DNA from: a virus
Lineage: Duplodnaviria > Caudoviricetes
Reading direction: 5' to 3' (one strand)
Length of the DNA stretch: 64,000 bases
Virus record (IMG/VR): IMGVR_UViG_3300032272_000005
Coordinates: 1-64,000 of that record
Shown here: positions 8,420 to 19,306 of the stretch, piece by piece
How positions within the stretch are numbered: the stretch's first letter is position 1
Layout of the letters: each line of letters opens with the position of its first letter
Position numbers and translations under genes: made by a program
Notes under the pieces: generated by a model
Database searches by the model: none
Seen by the model: the letters and a program-made list of their open reading frames with translations, nothing else
What the model was told of the DNA's origin: nothing

Positions 8420-11400
8420 TTATGCCTCCTGTAATGCAGCTTCATAACTGAAACCACGCCCGACTTGGGCACTTATTTGATAAACCCGAACATAAAGCGG
8501 ATTTGGGAAATCTGTTCCGAAGTCTATATCGGCTTGCTCTTGAGAATATAACACGGAAGGGTCGGTTGATGTCAAGGTTCGCAGAACGGTTCCGCCCGTG
8601 CCTGACAATATGTCAATTTCGTAGCTTTCGGTATCCTCTGATACTGGTACAATAGCCTGTGGTTTCCACGAGCCGCCTTGCCGTGTACGCCGTACCCATT
8701 GGATGTTTCTATTCCCTGTAGACGGATCGTCAAGTGTCATAAAGACACCCCAAGGTGCATAAGGCATAAGCGCACGATGCTGGTAGGTTACGGTGTCTGT
8801 GGTGATCGCAGTCAGTTCATGGGTAGGTGGGCGGAATTGATATGAAGCTTCCGACGCCAAACGTGAATTCGCTTCCACAAAGCCCTTAATCTTTTCTTCA
8901 TCTGCAATAATGATGTATGTCGGCCCGACGGCAATAGCGGGGTAGTCCGTCGCCATTTGGTCAGTACCACGCTTGCCACGCATAAAGCCAGTCAAGCGTT
9001 CTGTGGTATTTCCAAAATCATCTATGACAACAGTTTCCACGTCACGGAAGCCAATGACTTCGATCTGATTTGTCATGGGCCTATATAATATCGCGGTATT
9101 ACTATCATTCCCTATCATATCAGCCTCGGTAACACTTGCAAAGTCTGATGCGCCAGCAAAGATCGTGACGTCTATAGATGTCTCTTGTACGGCATTCCAA
9201 TTGGCGTCAGGGATGTCTGCCATAACTGTACTCAGTATACCCCATGACATTTCGGAAGTAATGTTAGAACGGGTCTGAAACACGTCTCCATTAAACGACG
9301 TTTGTAGGGCCGCACCAGCAAACTGTTTGTTTGCCCCTGTTGGGGGTACACCCGCCATAACATACATCAAAGAGCCGCTATCCCGTCCTGTCAGATCACC
9401 ATCCTGCATAAGTGGCATATCCAACAAGAACCCCTTGGCTGTTGGAATATTGTTACCTATAACCGTATCCTTGCGTCGGTAGGAAGGTGAACCCACATTT
9501 GCGGCTGGCAATAGAAGACTGGCGTAGTTAGCCCCGTCGATCAGAGTGCCTTCAATTTCCATATCCAAAGTTGATCCTATTGATAGGCGGTTCACTCTCA
9601 TGTTGTCGATACGGCCCACGGCTGCAATGGTCAGATTATCATTTGGAAGAAGTTCCAGATAACGCTGAGGCAGACGGAACTGGAAACTTTCTCGGCGTAC
9701 CCAACTTTCATACATTACGCGCTCGGCAATCTCGGCGGCTTCGGCGTCGGATAATGTCATTGGTAGTTCAAGATTTACTTCCCCGACTGACCCCATCGCA
9801 GGGGTTGGGTCAGATATGCGGCGAACGATCTGGGTGTTCTTCTCGTCAACCCAGTCACTCGTGTTATACTTGACATAAAGCGCACGAGGCACTTCCAGTT
9901 CTTGCCCCCTACTTTCCTCAAATATGTTTGACCCTTCTTCCATCAAAAGATCATCTTCTGGGATAGTTCTGTGGCTGGTTTTAGTATTGAATTTGAATTC
10001 CATTATACCAGCATTTTCTCTGGCATAAAAATCATAGGCCGTAGCCAATGGTTGCAATGCTGATCGGAATGTCATTTCAGAACCAATGTTGTAGCCCCTC
10101 ACGGTCTTGGTTGATAATTCGGTAACGTCAATATCCGCTGCCGTCAGTTTGGATCGTGTGACTATATCCCTGACAACAGTGTCCAGACTTTCACCATTGC
10201 GGTCTTTTGCGGCTTGCAAATACCACCACCCAAAGAAAGTGCCCCCGTCAGCACCTAACAAGCGATTGTTTTCGTAGTCGTACCATTCAACCGTATTTTG
10301 TACAAAGTCCACCTCCGCCCCAGTCTCGGCGTCTAGGAATTGTGCGCCTGTGGGCCAGTCACCAAACGAAAGGGTTTCAAGCAATTGCCCTGTCAAGGTA
10401 TCATATTTATTGAAGTTCGCGGATAAAGTTTCCACGGCCCCGCCTGGTTTTTTGGTGATGAAATACCCATCTTGCAACTCGCGTTGTTCATGGTCGTACA
10501 TGTTGCTTAGTAGGCCTTCATTTGCGGCCTTCCGCCATATTTCCACAGGTGTGGGTTCTTGTAACTTAGAGTTAGACGTATTCAATTTTAATGCGTGCAT
10601 CAGGGTGTTGTTATAGCACACCATCACGTCCAGTTCTTTGTCATAAGCCATATGCAACGTCATTGAGCCGACAGCCGCAATCTCACTGTCAAAATCCCAA
10701 ATTTTTATTGGCCCTATCATGGGGGAACCATTAAGACCCACCCTAACATACATGAGTTTTGTAGTCCAAGGATGTAACTTTGTTGTACGGGCAAACCAGT
10801 AAATGTCAGTCCAGCCTAGCCCTTGACGACCCATACCCCAACCAGAGATACCATAGCCCCCTCCGTTGCCAGTTGGGTCGCCCCATTCTCTGCCACTTGA
10901 ATTCGTGATTGGTACTATGAGTGGCCCTATGTTTGTATCACCCCCAGCGTTGCGTGTGTACGCGAATGCCAGATCAGGTAAACTCAAAATGGTTTCAGCC
11001 GCGTAGCCATTACCGTCAACAAGTCCGCCATTGCTACCAGTCATGTAATACCAAGGGGCTGTATTGCCTCGTATAACTTGAAATTGGATGCCACCCGCAG
11101 ACGGGTCTAACTTTGGTTCACCAGAGTACCGTCCATCATCAGAGTAAGGAAGAACTAAGCCTCGGTTTCCAGTGGTTTTACCCAACAAACTAAGGGTATC
11201 TTTTTCGATCACATAGACAGGCTCTTGGAAAGCTGTTGAACAAGTCATAATGATCCACGGGCTTGACCCCCCTACCCAAAGCCTTGCCTTGATAAAATCA
11301 CCATTTGTAATATCTTCAATGTCTTTTGTCGCCAGTATCGCGCCCGTGTCAGCGTCCCGTGCTGCAATGAAGTGTGGGGTGAATGGGGATGTAGCGTCTG

Positions 11401-12112
11401 CATATTGGTGCGTGAATATAACATTTCTGGCTTTGTCATACATCACAAGATCACGCTGATTAAACGATATGCTTGTACCATTGTTAAGTTCTGGATTTGG
11501 GAATTGGCGTACAGTTGGTTTGCCGCTGGATGCCTCAGTAGAAACAACAAATTGCATATTTGGAATACGGTTCCCAAAGTTCTCAAGAGGTATATCATCA
11601 AACACGATGTAGCACGTCCCACGATAAGCTGGCATTTCGCCGTCAGGTACATCCGCTGCCATCAGTGGGTCAACCAATTGATCATCGCTGCCATTGTAGA
11701 AACGGAACGAAAGACCAGACATATTCTGGGAACCTTCCCCACCAGCCGCGTCATAGATAACTTTGCCGTCTGCATATATCCGAATGAGTGACCCAATTTC
11801 GCGCTTGGCGATTGCGGTAGCAAAGGTGCCATAGTAGAAATACTGGGTACTTGTACCAGCACTCATTACGCCGCCCTTGCCAATTTCTTCTGAGATTGTT
11901 TCTTCGCGGATTTCTTTACCCCAGATCACATTGCCAGCGACCTTCACGGTTCCATAAGGTATTGAGATTGGTTCACCATACGCCGATGAAGTGATTGTTT
12001 TATCCTCAAGACGTGGGCCTTCTAATCTCTGCTTCGGGGTAAGGGCTGCAATAGCTATTGAGATAGCAACTTGGATTGCAATGTTAATTGCTACGCTTAC
12101 TGGATCAGCCAT
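8420..12112 (-). CDS. Large central tail/baseplate protein (GTA g15/Phage-tail_3-like)
   Basis: SSAYGEPISIPYGTVKVAGNVIW, PAYRGTCYIVF..IPLE.FGNRIPN, WVRRTR.GG, ESYEIDIL. Confidence 0.9.
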   Translation of the reverse strand: MADPVSVAINIAIQVAISIAIAALTPKQRLEGPRLEDKTITSSAYGEPISIPYGTVKVAGNVIWGKEIREETISEEIGKGGVMSAGTSTQYFYYGTFATAIAKREIGSLIRIYADGKVIYDAAGGEGSQNMSGLSFRFYNGSDDQLVDPLMAADVPDGEMPAYRGTCYIVFDDIPLENFGNRIPNMQFVVSTEASSGKPTVRQFPNPELNNGTSISFNQRDLVMYDKARNVIFTHQYADATSPFTPHFIAARDADTGAILATKDIEDITNGDFIKARLWVGGSSPWIIMTCSTAFQEPVYVIEKDTLSLLGKTTGNRGLVLPYSDDGRYSGEPKLDPSAGGIQFQVIRGNTAPWYYMTGSNGGLVDGNGYAAETILSLPDLAFAYTRNAGGDTNIGPLIVPITNSSGREWGDPTGNGGGYGISGWGMGRQGLGWTDIYWFARTTKLHPWTTKLMYVRVGLNGSPMIGPIKIWDFDSEIAAVGSMTLHMAYDKELDVMVCYNNTLMHALKLNTSNSKLQEPTPVEIWRKAANEGLLSNMYDHEQRELQDGYFITKKPGGAVETLSANFNKYDTLTGQLLETLSFGDWPTGAQFLDAETGAEVDFVQNTVEWYDYENNRLLGADGGTFFGWWYLQAAKDRNGESLDTVVRDIVTRSKLTAADIDVTELSTKTVRGYNIGSEMTFRSALQPLATAYDFYARENAGIMEFKFNTKTSHRTIPEDDLLMEEGSNIFEESRGQELEVPRALYVKYNTSDWVDEKNTQIVRRISDPTPAMGSVGEVNLELPMTLSDAEAAEIAERVMYESWVRRESFQFRLPQRYLELLPNDNLTIAAVGRIDNMRVNRLSIGSTLDMEIEGTLIDGANYASLLLPAANVGSPSYRRKDTVIGNNIPTAKGFLLDMPLMQDGDLTGRDSGSLMYVMAGVPPTGANKQFAGAALQTSFNGDVFQTRSNITSEMSWGILSTVMADIPDANWNAVQETSIDVTIFAGASDFASVTEADMIGNDSNTAILYRPMTNQIEVIGFRDVETVVIDDFGNTTERLTGFMRGKRGTDQMATDYPAIAVGPTYIIIADEEKIKGFVEANSRLASEASYQFRPPTHELTAITTDTVTYQHRALMPYAPWGVFMTLDDPSTGNRNIQWVRRTRQGGSWKPQAIVPVSEDTESYEIDILSGTGGTVLRTLTSTDPSVLYSQEQADIDFGTDFPNPLYVRVYQISAQVGRGFSYEAALQEA

Positions 12113-12578
12113 TTTGAACCCCTGTATAGTCGTAAGCCCTTGTGAATTTGCGGGACTTATGGTTGCTATGTAAATAGCCTATCACGACTTTCTTCTCGGT
12201 GCCATAGGCATGAATGATTGCACCCGTGGTAGCGTCCACTACAATCCCAGCATGGTGGGGGGTTCCCCCATATGAGAAAACTACCGCCGTCCCGTTCTTC
12301 ACGTCCTTGGGTAAACAAGGTGTCATTGCCATATCAAAGTACGTCAAAAGTGTGGTGTTTGGAATACGCTTGTAGGGGGGCACTTTCAATCCACGGGGGA
12401 TCATGTCCAATTCATACCCAACGGCTAATATAAGGCCAACACAGTCCACTCCAGCACGGTTTGAACCTTGGTGCCTCCATGTTACCCCAAGATATTCTCT
12501 GGCAACCCGAACTATGTCAGACCGTTTAACTGTTGGGACGTTTCCCGTGATCTTGAGTTCACGACATTTATTTAGCAT
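12105..12578 (-). CDS. NlpC/P60 tail peptidase (GTA g14-like)
   Basis: YLGVTWRHQG...GVDCVGL and HAGI catalytic Cys/His. Confidence 0.9.
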   Translation of the reverse strand: MLNKCRELKITGNVPTVKRSDIVRVAREYLGVTWRHQGSNRAGVDCVGLILAVGYELDMIPRGLKVPPYKRIPNTTLLTYFDMAMTPCLPKDVKNGTAVVFSYGGTPHHAGIVVDATTGAIIHAYGTEKKVVIGYLHSNHKSRKFTRAYDYTGVQNG

Positions 12579-13653
12579 CTGGGAAGTCCCTCATGTACAA
12601 CTCACCTGGCAAATACGGGTATCCTTGATAATTTAGCATATTGGCAAATTTGTTTTTACAGTCAGAAATTGTCTTATGACAGGCGGGGGTTATAATGCCT
12701 ATGTCACCTGCTTGGACATTGAAAGGAAACCGCATGTAAGTGAAGATTTCCCCGTCGTTTGCACTGTTCAAATTAAAGGATTGGATTTCCCGTGATATGC
12801 TTGCATTGTCGCCAGTCGTGAAACGCAACAGCCCACCATTAAACCAGCTTGGATCATCATGGCTATCTCCACTATTCATACGGGGTTCATTCACATTGAT
12901 GTCGAAGGTTTGACGATCCCCGCCAACGGATACTATGAAACTGTTTTCGAATGGATAGGTGGCGACGAATGTAGCGTTCCCATCTACCACAACCGCGCCT
13001 TCTGCCACATCGTATATTGCAGGATCAAATGATGAAGTATCTGCAACCGTACCTGCGACTGAGCAACGGAATATCAGATCGGGGTATTCATAGACAAATA
13101 TCCACTCGTTTTCGATGTAGCGAGTATCGTCTACACGATCCAAGGGTGTCGTTAAGGGTATGCCGCACGCGGTTGATCCCAGATCGACTGGACAGGCTGG
13201 GGTATATGTCTTAACGAGCGTCTCAGAGAAGGCTTCAGCCATACCCCGCAACTCGGTATTGAACTGCCCAAGATTGTTTTGCTTTAAAGCCCCAAACCAC
13301 CCACGACGTCTAACCAATGCGCCTTGGGTTAAATCTTTATAATTGACGATAGAGATCAGAACTTCCGCCCCGTCATACAGCCCCCCTCGGATGTCTTCAC
13401 GATCAATTGCGGTGGTTTCTAAAATCCCTGATACATCCATATTGTCTACAGACAGATCGCCTTTATCCTCTACCGCAGAACGATCATACCCAACACCCAC
13501 AATGTAGTCATTACCATCAAAGGTTATTTGTTCATCGTGATCTGTGAAATAAAGAACGGTTCCGTCAACCCGTGTAACTTTCCAAAGTGATGTCAGGGTT
13601 GTAAGTGTGCCGTCAAGATGTGTTTGAAATGCGGCTGATAATGTGAGGGGCAT
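12568..13653 (-). CDS. Baseplate hub protein DUF2163/BR0599 (GTA g13-like)
   Basis: WKVTRVDG..LYFTDHD, CPVDLGSTACG, C.K...C..KF.N..NYQGYPYLPG. Confidence 0.9.
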   Translation of the reverse strand: MPLTLSAAFQTHLDGTLTTLTSLWKVTRVDGTVLYFTDHDEQITFDGNDYIVGVGYDRSAVEDKGDLSVDNMDVSGILETTAIDREDIRGGLYDGAEVLISIVNYKDLTQGALVRRRGWFGALKQNNLGQFNTELRGMAEAFSETLVKTYTPACPVDLGSTACGIPLTTPLDRVDDTRYIENEWIFVYEYPDLIFRCSVAGTVADTSSFDPAIYDVAEGAVVVDGNATFVATYPFENSFIVSVGGDRQTFDINVNEPRMNSGDSHDDPSWFNGGLLRFTTGDNASISREIQSFNLNSANDGEIFTYMRFPFNVQAGDIGIITPACHKTISDCKNKFANMLNYQGYPYLPGELYMRDFPDAK

Positions 13654-13662
13654 GGTGTACCT

Positions 13663-14274
13663 TTATAGTTTAAGTTCCACAATTGGGACAGACGGAACTG
13701 TTATAACATTCTTTGTTGTTATCGCCAGTTGTAGATTATCCGTATCGAAACGTACAGGGAGATCAAAGGTACCTGTCCATGTCACGTCAGAACCGTAGGC
13801 AGGTGCGGATGTGAAAGTGATAATTCCCGTAGTAGTATCCAAAGAATAATTGCTTGGACTTTCAATCACACCATCCACATAAACTACCAAGTCTTCGGTT
13901 GTCGGTTTGAATATCTGTTTCGTGTAGGTGAAGCCAGCCGCGTCTGAATAATCATAATACATTTGGAAGTCGGTTTCTACATTATCACTCTCAGGCGTTG
14001 TTGGTTGTTCGACCAATGCTTGGTAGTTTGTCCAGTCGCGGAAACGGAAACCACGGGCACGGCCTAAACGAGCATAAAAGAAATCCCGAATGATCAGCGT
14101 GTCTGCACGGTTCTGGATACCGAAGCCAATATCCCACTGACCACGATCAACAGCCCACAAAGAATTGCGTTGCTCTTTACCAGAATTCAGAACGGATATG
14201 TTGGTTAAAAATCCAGGCCCACCACTTGCGCCACGTTCCACTTCGATTGGTAATCTGATTTCATCGAAAGCCAT
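13663..14274 (-). CDS. Distal tail protein DUF2460 (TIGR02217; GTA g12-like)
   Basis: FDEIRLP...GASGGPGF.T, FF.AR.GRARGFRFRDW, FDLPVRFDTD. Confidence 0.92.
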   Translation of the reverse strand: MAFDEIRLPIEVERGASGGPGFLTNISVLNSGKEQRNSLWAVDRGQWDIGFGIQNRADTLIIRDFFYARLGRARGFRFRDWTNYQALVEQPTTPESDNVETDFQMYYDYSDAAGFTYTKQIFKPTTEDLVVYVDGVIESPSNYSLDTTTGIITFTSAPAYGSDVTWTGTFDLPVRFDTDNLQLAITTKNVITVPSVPIVELKL

Positions 14275-17200
14275 TAGTTATTCTTCCTATCTGCGTCTGC
14301 AATGACACGCGCCATGCGTGCCCCGATTTGACCTTCCGAACGACGGAAACTATTCACATCTGCGTTCGGGAAGTTAAACGATACTGAAATTGAACGTCCG
14401 CCCCCACCATTGCCTACTTGTTCAGGACGCTGGATAGACACCCGTTCATTAGGTGATGCCATAAACTGCACCAGTTTGCTGTCCACGCCACCAGAGCCGC
14501 CTACAATAAATGAACCGCCGTCTGCATATTTCGGGAAGGCTTGGTTGCCCTTCTTGATTGAATTGGCTTGACCTACTGCAAATGATGCGCCGTCTGCTGC
14601 ACCAAAGATGCCACCAATACCTTTGACTATACCGCCTAGTAATCCTTTGGTTCCACCCGCTGCACCCCCAGACCCACCTGCCGCGCCTAAGAAGTCTATC
14701 AACAGTTGGTTGGCTAGGAATTGTGAGATTTGTGCCAGCAAGGAAACGATAAGCCCTTTGAAGTCGGCTTTACCTGTGGTCACAAAATCACTCAGTAACC
14801 CAGACATTCCTTTAAATGCTGATCCAGTCAGGTCTTTGGCGAATTCAGAAGATGTCTTGACGTTGTTTACAAAGTCTTCCCAACCCTGCTTGGCCCCGTT
14901 AAAGAATGTGTCTTGGGCCTGTCCCGCCAGTTCATAGGCGTCGCGGGTTGCAAGGATACCATTGATCGCCTCTTGTGAGATCGTGGTTCCAGCTTGTGCG
15001 GCTGCGTTCAACAATTGCTGCGTGATCTTGTAGTCTTCCAACTCTTTCTTGGTCAACCCGACTGCGGCTGCATTATCTCTCCATGTTTGGGTCAGTTGTT
15101 CAATGGTTTTATTCAATGCATCTGCATCACCTTTGGCCCCGCCTTTTTTGGTGCCATCACCTGTGCCAGTCGGTCTTACTTGGGTTACGACGTCGGTAGC
15201 TACCTTGGCGGTTTCGACTTGCAGAGCCGCTTCACGGGCAGACAATGCAATCTCGTTTTTCGCCGCTGTCTTGCCCGCCGCTATGTTATCCAGAACGTCG
15301 CCAATGAGTGTAGGTGATTTGTCGAACACGCCTGACAATTTCTCTGTCAGTGCCCCAGCTTCATCCGTATACTCGATTTTCAATGATTGCAGATCGGCTT
15401 TGGGTATAAGACTTGCCAGATCAGTTTTTTCAATTCCAAGTTTGAGTGCGATCTTGGTATTAGACAAAGCGTCAATTGCTGCCAAAGGTGCTGCCAGTGC
15501 ATTTATGATTATATTGATACCATCCTGAACCACTTGGATAGCTGCATTGATAGCGGCAGTGAATGCAGCGCGGAATACCGTTGGAAGGTTGCTCAGAACG
15601 ATGCCAATACTCTGGACAGCCTTATTAAATATATCAACCATCTGTATCATCAGATCGCCTACGCCTACAACCACGTCAGTCACAGACAACCCGACCAGAT
15701 CAAGCACGGCGAACAATGGTGAGAATGCCGCTGCCCCGACTGTTTTGATAAGTTCGAATGTGGTCTTGATTGTTTCCCAGACACCACTGAATATCTCGGA
15801 CACGACTTCGCCAACAGATATAACTTCGCCACCCCATTCAAAGGTGACTTTCATTAGCTGCTGAATTGCGAATATTGCAATGGCAACCCATCCAACAATA
15901 GGGATCGCAAAGAAGGCCACGCTGACCAGACGTAATGCCGCGACTAATCCGCCTGACAATGAGAATGACAACCCGACTACGGCTGTGCGTGCGGCTACCA
16001 AGAACTTGACCAAACGTCCACCCACTGTAACCAGCAATAATGCCTGTCCAAGTGCTTTGATCGCGTCCACGGCTATTACAGCACCTTTGGCAAAACTATC
16101 CAGTTTGGCTTGCAATTCTTCCACACGTTTATTCAGTTCCGCCATGAAGGTTTCACTATCGCGGGATGTATCAGTAAAGGCTTCCAATGCTTCACGGGCG
16201 GGTGTGACGGCCCTGACAACGGCTGTGATGAATTGCACAAAGGACGTGATCGCCCCCGTGTTCACCAATGAGATATAGAATTCTTCAATCGCGGATCGTA
16301 GACCCTTCAATGCCCCATCCAAGTTATCACCCATGATGAAGGCCAGCGCGTCCAATGCCCCGCCGCTATCGTTGGCTAGTGCAGACAACCGTTTGAATTC
16401 CCCGACGCTGTTACGCAGGATGTTCACCACGCCTTGCGCTTCTGTACCAAACAGGATCGCGCCCTGACGAGCGTTGATCTGCGCGTCCGCTAGCTTCTCG
16501 ATAATCTGGCTTAGTGAGTTGAATTCAGGATTGATGTCGGCAGCGGTCAGGCCAACTTCTTTCATAACCTTGGCGGCTTGCGGTGTGATCCGTACAAGAC
16601 GGGCCATGATCGCACGCAGGGATGAACCCGCTAACGCGCCTTGGATACCGTTGTTACCCAGAATACCTACTGCGGCTGCGGCCTCTCCCATGTCGAAACC
16701 AAACTGTCCAACAGACGGGCCGAAGAATTTGAATGATGCGCCAAGCTGTTCGATGTTCACGTTAGCCGTGGCTGCGATTGTTGCCAGTGTATCACCCACT
16801 CTGGTGAAGTCAGATACCTCTAAACGGGCCGCTGACAGGATGTTGGATGCAATGTCGGCAGAACGTGCCAAATCCAAGTTACCCGCCTGTGCGAGTTTCA
16901 GAGCCGTTGGGATCGCATTCAAAGCTTCACCCGCGTCAAAACCCGCGCGGACTAGAAATTCAATACCACCCGCCGCTTGGCGTGCAGAGAAGACAGTTGT
17001 TTGACCCAGATCACGGGCAACTTCTTCAACCTGTTTCAATTGTTCGGCGGTGAAGTTACCAACAGCGGCAACGTCTGATAACGCCTTTTCAAAACCAATA
17101 GCGGTTTGGATCGCGTCTCGGAATAAAGCCCCCGTCAAAAGGATCGCCACAAAACCACCAACAGCGGCCCCCAATGAAGCGGCTACGGCCTTCATACCGC

Positions 17201-17420
17201 GACTAAGCAACCGTGCTTGGATGTTGGCGGACTTCAATGCTGGTGCGATTTTCTTTGTGTCTGCTGCAAGTTTGCGGGTTTCGGTTGCGGCCTTCCGTGC
17301 TTCTTCCCGAACCTTCTTGGTGTTAGACGCGCCACGACGCAGATCGTCGGCAAATTCCTTGCCAGCTTTCTTTGCGTCGTTCTTTGCGCGGATCACATAA
17401 AGTAATTCTTGCGGCCCCAT
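14274..17420 (-). CDS. Tape measure protein (TP901-type core)
   Basis: 1048 aa, Ala-rich; T.FSARQAAGGIEFL..AG and G.QG..AG.SLR motifs; C-terminal ADGGSF.VGGSGG.DS. Confidence 0.93.
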   Translation of the reverse strand: MGPQELLYVIRAKNDAKKAGKEFADDLRRGASNTKKVREEARKAATETRKLAADTKKIAPALKSANIQARLLSRGMKAVAASLGAAVGGFVAILLTGALFRDAIQTAIGFEKALSDVAAVGNFTAEQLKQVEEVARDLGQTTVFSARQAAGGIEFLVRAGFDAGEALNAIPTALKLAQAGNLDLARSADIASNILSAARLEVSDFTRVGDTLATIAATANVNIEQLGASFKFFGPSVGQFGFDMGEAAAAVGILGNNGIQGALAGSSLRAIMARLVRITPQAAKVMKEVGLTAADINPEFNSLSQIIEKLADAQINARQGAILFGTEAQGVVNILRNSVGEFKRLSALANDSGGALDALAFIMGDNLDGALKGLRSAIEEFYISLVNTGAITSFVQFITAVVRAVTPAREALEAFTDTSRDSETFMAELNKRVEELQAKLDSFAKGAVIAVDAIKALGQALLLVTVGGRLVKFLVAARTAVVGLSFSLSGGLVAALRLVSVAFFAIPIVGWVAIAIFAIQQLMKVTFEWGGEVISVGEVVSEIFSGVWETIKTTFELIKTVGAAAFSPLFAVLDLVGLSVTDVVVGVGDLMIQMVDIFNKAVQSIGIVLSNLPTVFRAAFTAAINAAIQVVQDGINIIINALAAPLAAIDALSNTKIALKLGIEKTDLASLIPKADLQSLKIEYTDEAGALTEKLSGVFDKSPTLIGDVLDNIAAGKTAAKNEIALSAREAALQVETAKVATDVVTQVRPTGTGDGTKKGGAKGDADALNKTIEQLTQTWRDNAAAVGLTKKELEDYKITQQLLNAAAQAGTTISQEAINGILATRDAYELAGQAQDTFFNGAKQGWEDFVNNVKTSSEFAKDLTGSAFKGMSGLLSDFVTTGKADFKGLIVSLLAQISQFLANQLLIDFLGAAGGSGGAAGGTKGLLGGIVKGIGGIFGAADGASFAVGQANSIKKGNQAFPKYADGGSFIVGGSGGVDSKLVQFMASPNERVSIQRPEQVGNGGGGRSISVSFNFPNADVNSFRRSEGQIGARMARVIADADRKNN

Positions 17421-17421
17421 G

Positions 17422-17799
17422 TCAATTCCTTCTAAGTCGGTTTGGCATTTCGGCTTTGGCAGTTGCTAAGTCTTGCTGCGCTTCTTTAGCGGAATTGATA
17501 CCCGCCTCTACCGAAAATACGACTACATTATACAATGCGGGTTGATCGTTCAGACCGCCTTTGTTTGGCAGTATACCCTTAGACCAGTGTTGATGCAAAG
17601 TAAAACTGTCACTCTCCATATGGGGATAGTCTTTGAAGAACCGAAGTGGGCACGTTGATAGTTGTGGAATGTCACTATATGTGCGGTATTGCTGGACTGG
17701 GGCCGTGCAACCCCGCTCTAGTTTTTGTTGGCGGGTGCACGTTGCGCATATTCTTTCTGGATATAATACGCGCCCGAATACAGCGTTGGCTAGTTTTTT
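17422..17799 (-). CDS. Tail assembly chaperone extension (gpT-like), expressed by -1 frameshift
   Basis: The -1 frame is open from heptamer A AAA AAC (17799-17793) through LANAVFGRVLYPERICATC...TCPLRFF into the annotated MESDSF ORF. Confidence 0.8.
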   Translation of the reverse strand, partial: KKLANAVFGRVLYPERICATCTRQQKLERGCTAPVQQYRTYSDIPQLSTCPLRFFKDYPHMESDSFTLHQHWSKGILPNKGGLNDQPALYNVVVFSVEAGINSAKEAQQDLATAKAEMPNRLRRN

Positions 17800-18221
17800 G
17801 CTTCTTCCGCCGTCACTTCATTTGATTTCATAATACGGGCAGACAATTCAGATATGATTGAAAGCGGGATCGTGTCCAGAATACTGTCGGGCAACGTCTT
17901 GCGGTTTTCGCCTGCACGCTTGACCATTTTGATCTCGATAACTTTACCGTCACCATCCTGCCAGTTTTCGATCTTTCGCACGCCCAAGCGTACACTTTCG
18001 AATTCCATCTTGGCGCGTTCGATGGTTGTTTCAATATCGTCTTCCGTGGTGTCAGCCCCGTCCTCAGATGCTTTGATCTTAATGGATGTAACGCTGTCAC
18101 GGATGTGTCCAGCTTCCCGTGAGGATAACGCGCCCAAGTGGAAGATCGTTGGGTCTTTATCATCGTCTTCCTTTGAAATAAATTTGGTAACGGCGTCAAG
18201 GTTCATTGCTTTGATAGCCAT
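17790..18221 (-). CDS. Tail assembly chaperone (gpG-like)
   Basis: Lies between tail tube and tape measure; ends GCA AAA AAC TAG; RBS TAGGAG. Confidence 0.8.
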   Translation of the reverse strand: MAIKAMNLDAVTKFISKEDDDKDPTIFHLGALSSREAGHIRDSVTSIKIKASEDGADTTEDDIETTIERAKMEFESVRLGVRKIENWQDGDGKVIEIKMVKRAGENRKTLPDSILDTIPLSIISELSARIMKSNEVTAEEAKN

Positions 18222-18274
18222 GTTTCTTCTCCTAGTTTGTAGAGTGTGTAAGATGGGGGTTTGTCAACTTGAAG

Positions 18275-18655
18275 TCAAGGTGTTTTGTTTCGTGCTTTAA
18301 CCACGTCGGATATGTAATCCAGAACGGCTACGATTGTCTTATTATGTGTTCGGAATATCAGGCATGTTATCACCGCCGCCAAGCAGATCAGGGTATCAAC
18401 CACTAACAACCCTGTGCCCCCTGAAAAATCATTGAAGTGCTGCGACCATACAATGCGCTGGACGCCGTTCAATGCGATACCGATGCACCCGAAGTAAGCT
18501 ACCCATTGCGTGCCCAGTAACGTGCGGCCCTTGAACCAGTGCAGAATATAATACGCTATGATGAAATATGCACACCCTGCAATGAGATTAACCCAGAGCC
18601 AGATAAACTCGCCCTGAGTGTCTTCAATCACAGTAGGTAGCATTTGTTGTATCAT
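18275..18655 (-). CDS. Three-TM membrane protein, ethylene-receptor-like helix pattern
   Basis: Three hydrophobic helices; NLIAGCAYFII and FGCIGIALNG segments. Confidence 0.6.
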   Translation of the reverse strand: MIQQMLPTVIEDTQGEFIWLWVNLIAGCAYFIIAYYILHWFKGRTLLGTQWVAYFGCIGIALNGVQRIVWSQHFNDFSGGTGLLVVDTLICLAAVITCLIFRTHNKTIVAVLDYISDVVKARNKTP

Positions 18656-19287
18656 TCACCCCGCACCACTTCAAAGAATGGGCTTGGGGCCACACTATAT
18701 TTTGATTGGGTGGGGCATTCAGCGTTGTCAGGGATCAAGTCGGGAACGAATGAATAGCGACCTGCTGGCATATCGGCGGGTAATCTCACATACATGGGTT
18801 GTAGTGAGAACCCGAATGAAGATGCAATCTCATGTGCGGGTATCAGATACGTCAATTCCCCCGCTATTCCGTTTCGTGTGGCTGAGAAGAATTGCACTTT
18901 CATTGTGGTTGTGCATGGCAAGGATCGCCGCACTTTATATAAAAACCCGATACTGCGTCCTGCGGTAAACGGGCCTGGATTTATGATACCTATTCCATCT
19001 TTGACTTCGATGAAGGGTTTTCGTTTCGGTAATCGCGTTTCGAGTGTTCGAAGCGTTTCTGAAACCTCTGCCAATTGCTTGGTAACGGCTGCTAATTTAT
19101 CATCAAAGTAGGCGTCAATACGGGGTTGGACAGCGTACCACGTTGCCCCCCAGATTATGCCCAGTGCTATGATGAATGCAGAGACGTTTTTAGCGGCTGC
19201 GCCCAGTGCGGATGCAAATTGTTGCGAGTTGATTTCTGGAACGTGTGCGGGTGCTGCCGCCTGTGGCGTTGGTGTAATCTTAGTCAT
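18652..19287 (-). CDS. Single-TM protein with coiled coil and a likely periplasmic beta domain
   Basis: TM helix at about aa 36-54; two Cys in the C-terminal domain; ATGA overlap with the next gene. Confidence 0.6.
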   Translation of the reverse strand: MTKITPTPQAAAPAHVPEINSQQFASALGAAAKNVSAFIIALGIIWGATWYAVQPRIDAYFDDKLAAVTKQLAEVSETLRTLETRLPKRKPFIEVKDGIGIINPGPFTAGRSIGFLYKVRRSLPCTTTMKVQFFSATRNGIAGELTYLIPAHEIASSFGFSLQPMYVRLPADMPAGRYSFVPDLIPDNAECPTQSKYSVAPSPFFEVVRGE

Positions 19288-19306
19288 GTTCTAACCCTTC
19301 ATAGAC

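Noticed and set aside
17716-17728. Second AAAAAC-TAG 75 nt downstream of the slippery site
   Set aside because: It is not a canonical X XXY YYZ heptamer (C AAA AAC) and is reachable only after read-through; probably coincidental.
18236-18268. Internal TTGACA promoter upstream of the tail chaperone
   Set aside because: The -35 is perfect but there is no credible -10 at 16-18 nt spacing; not listed as a feature.
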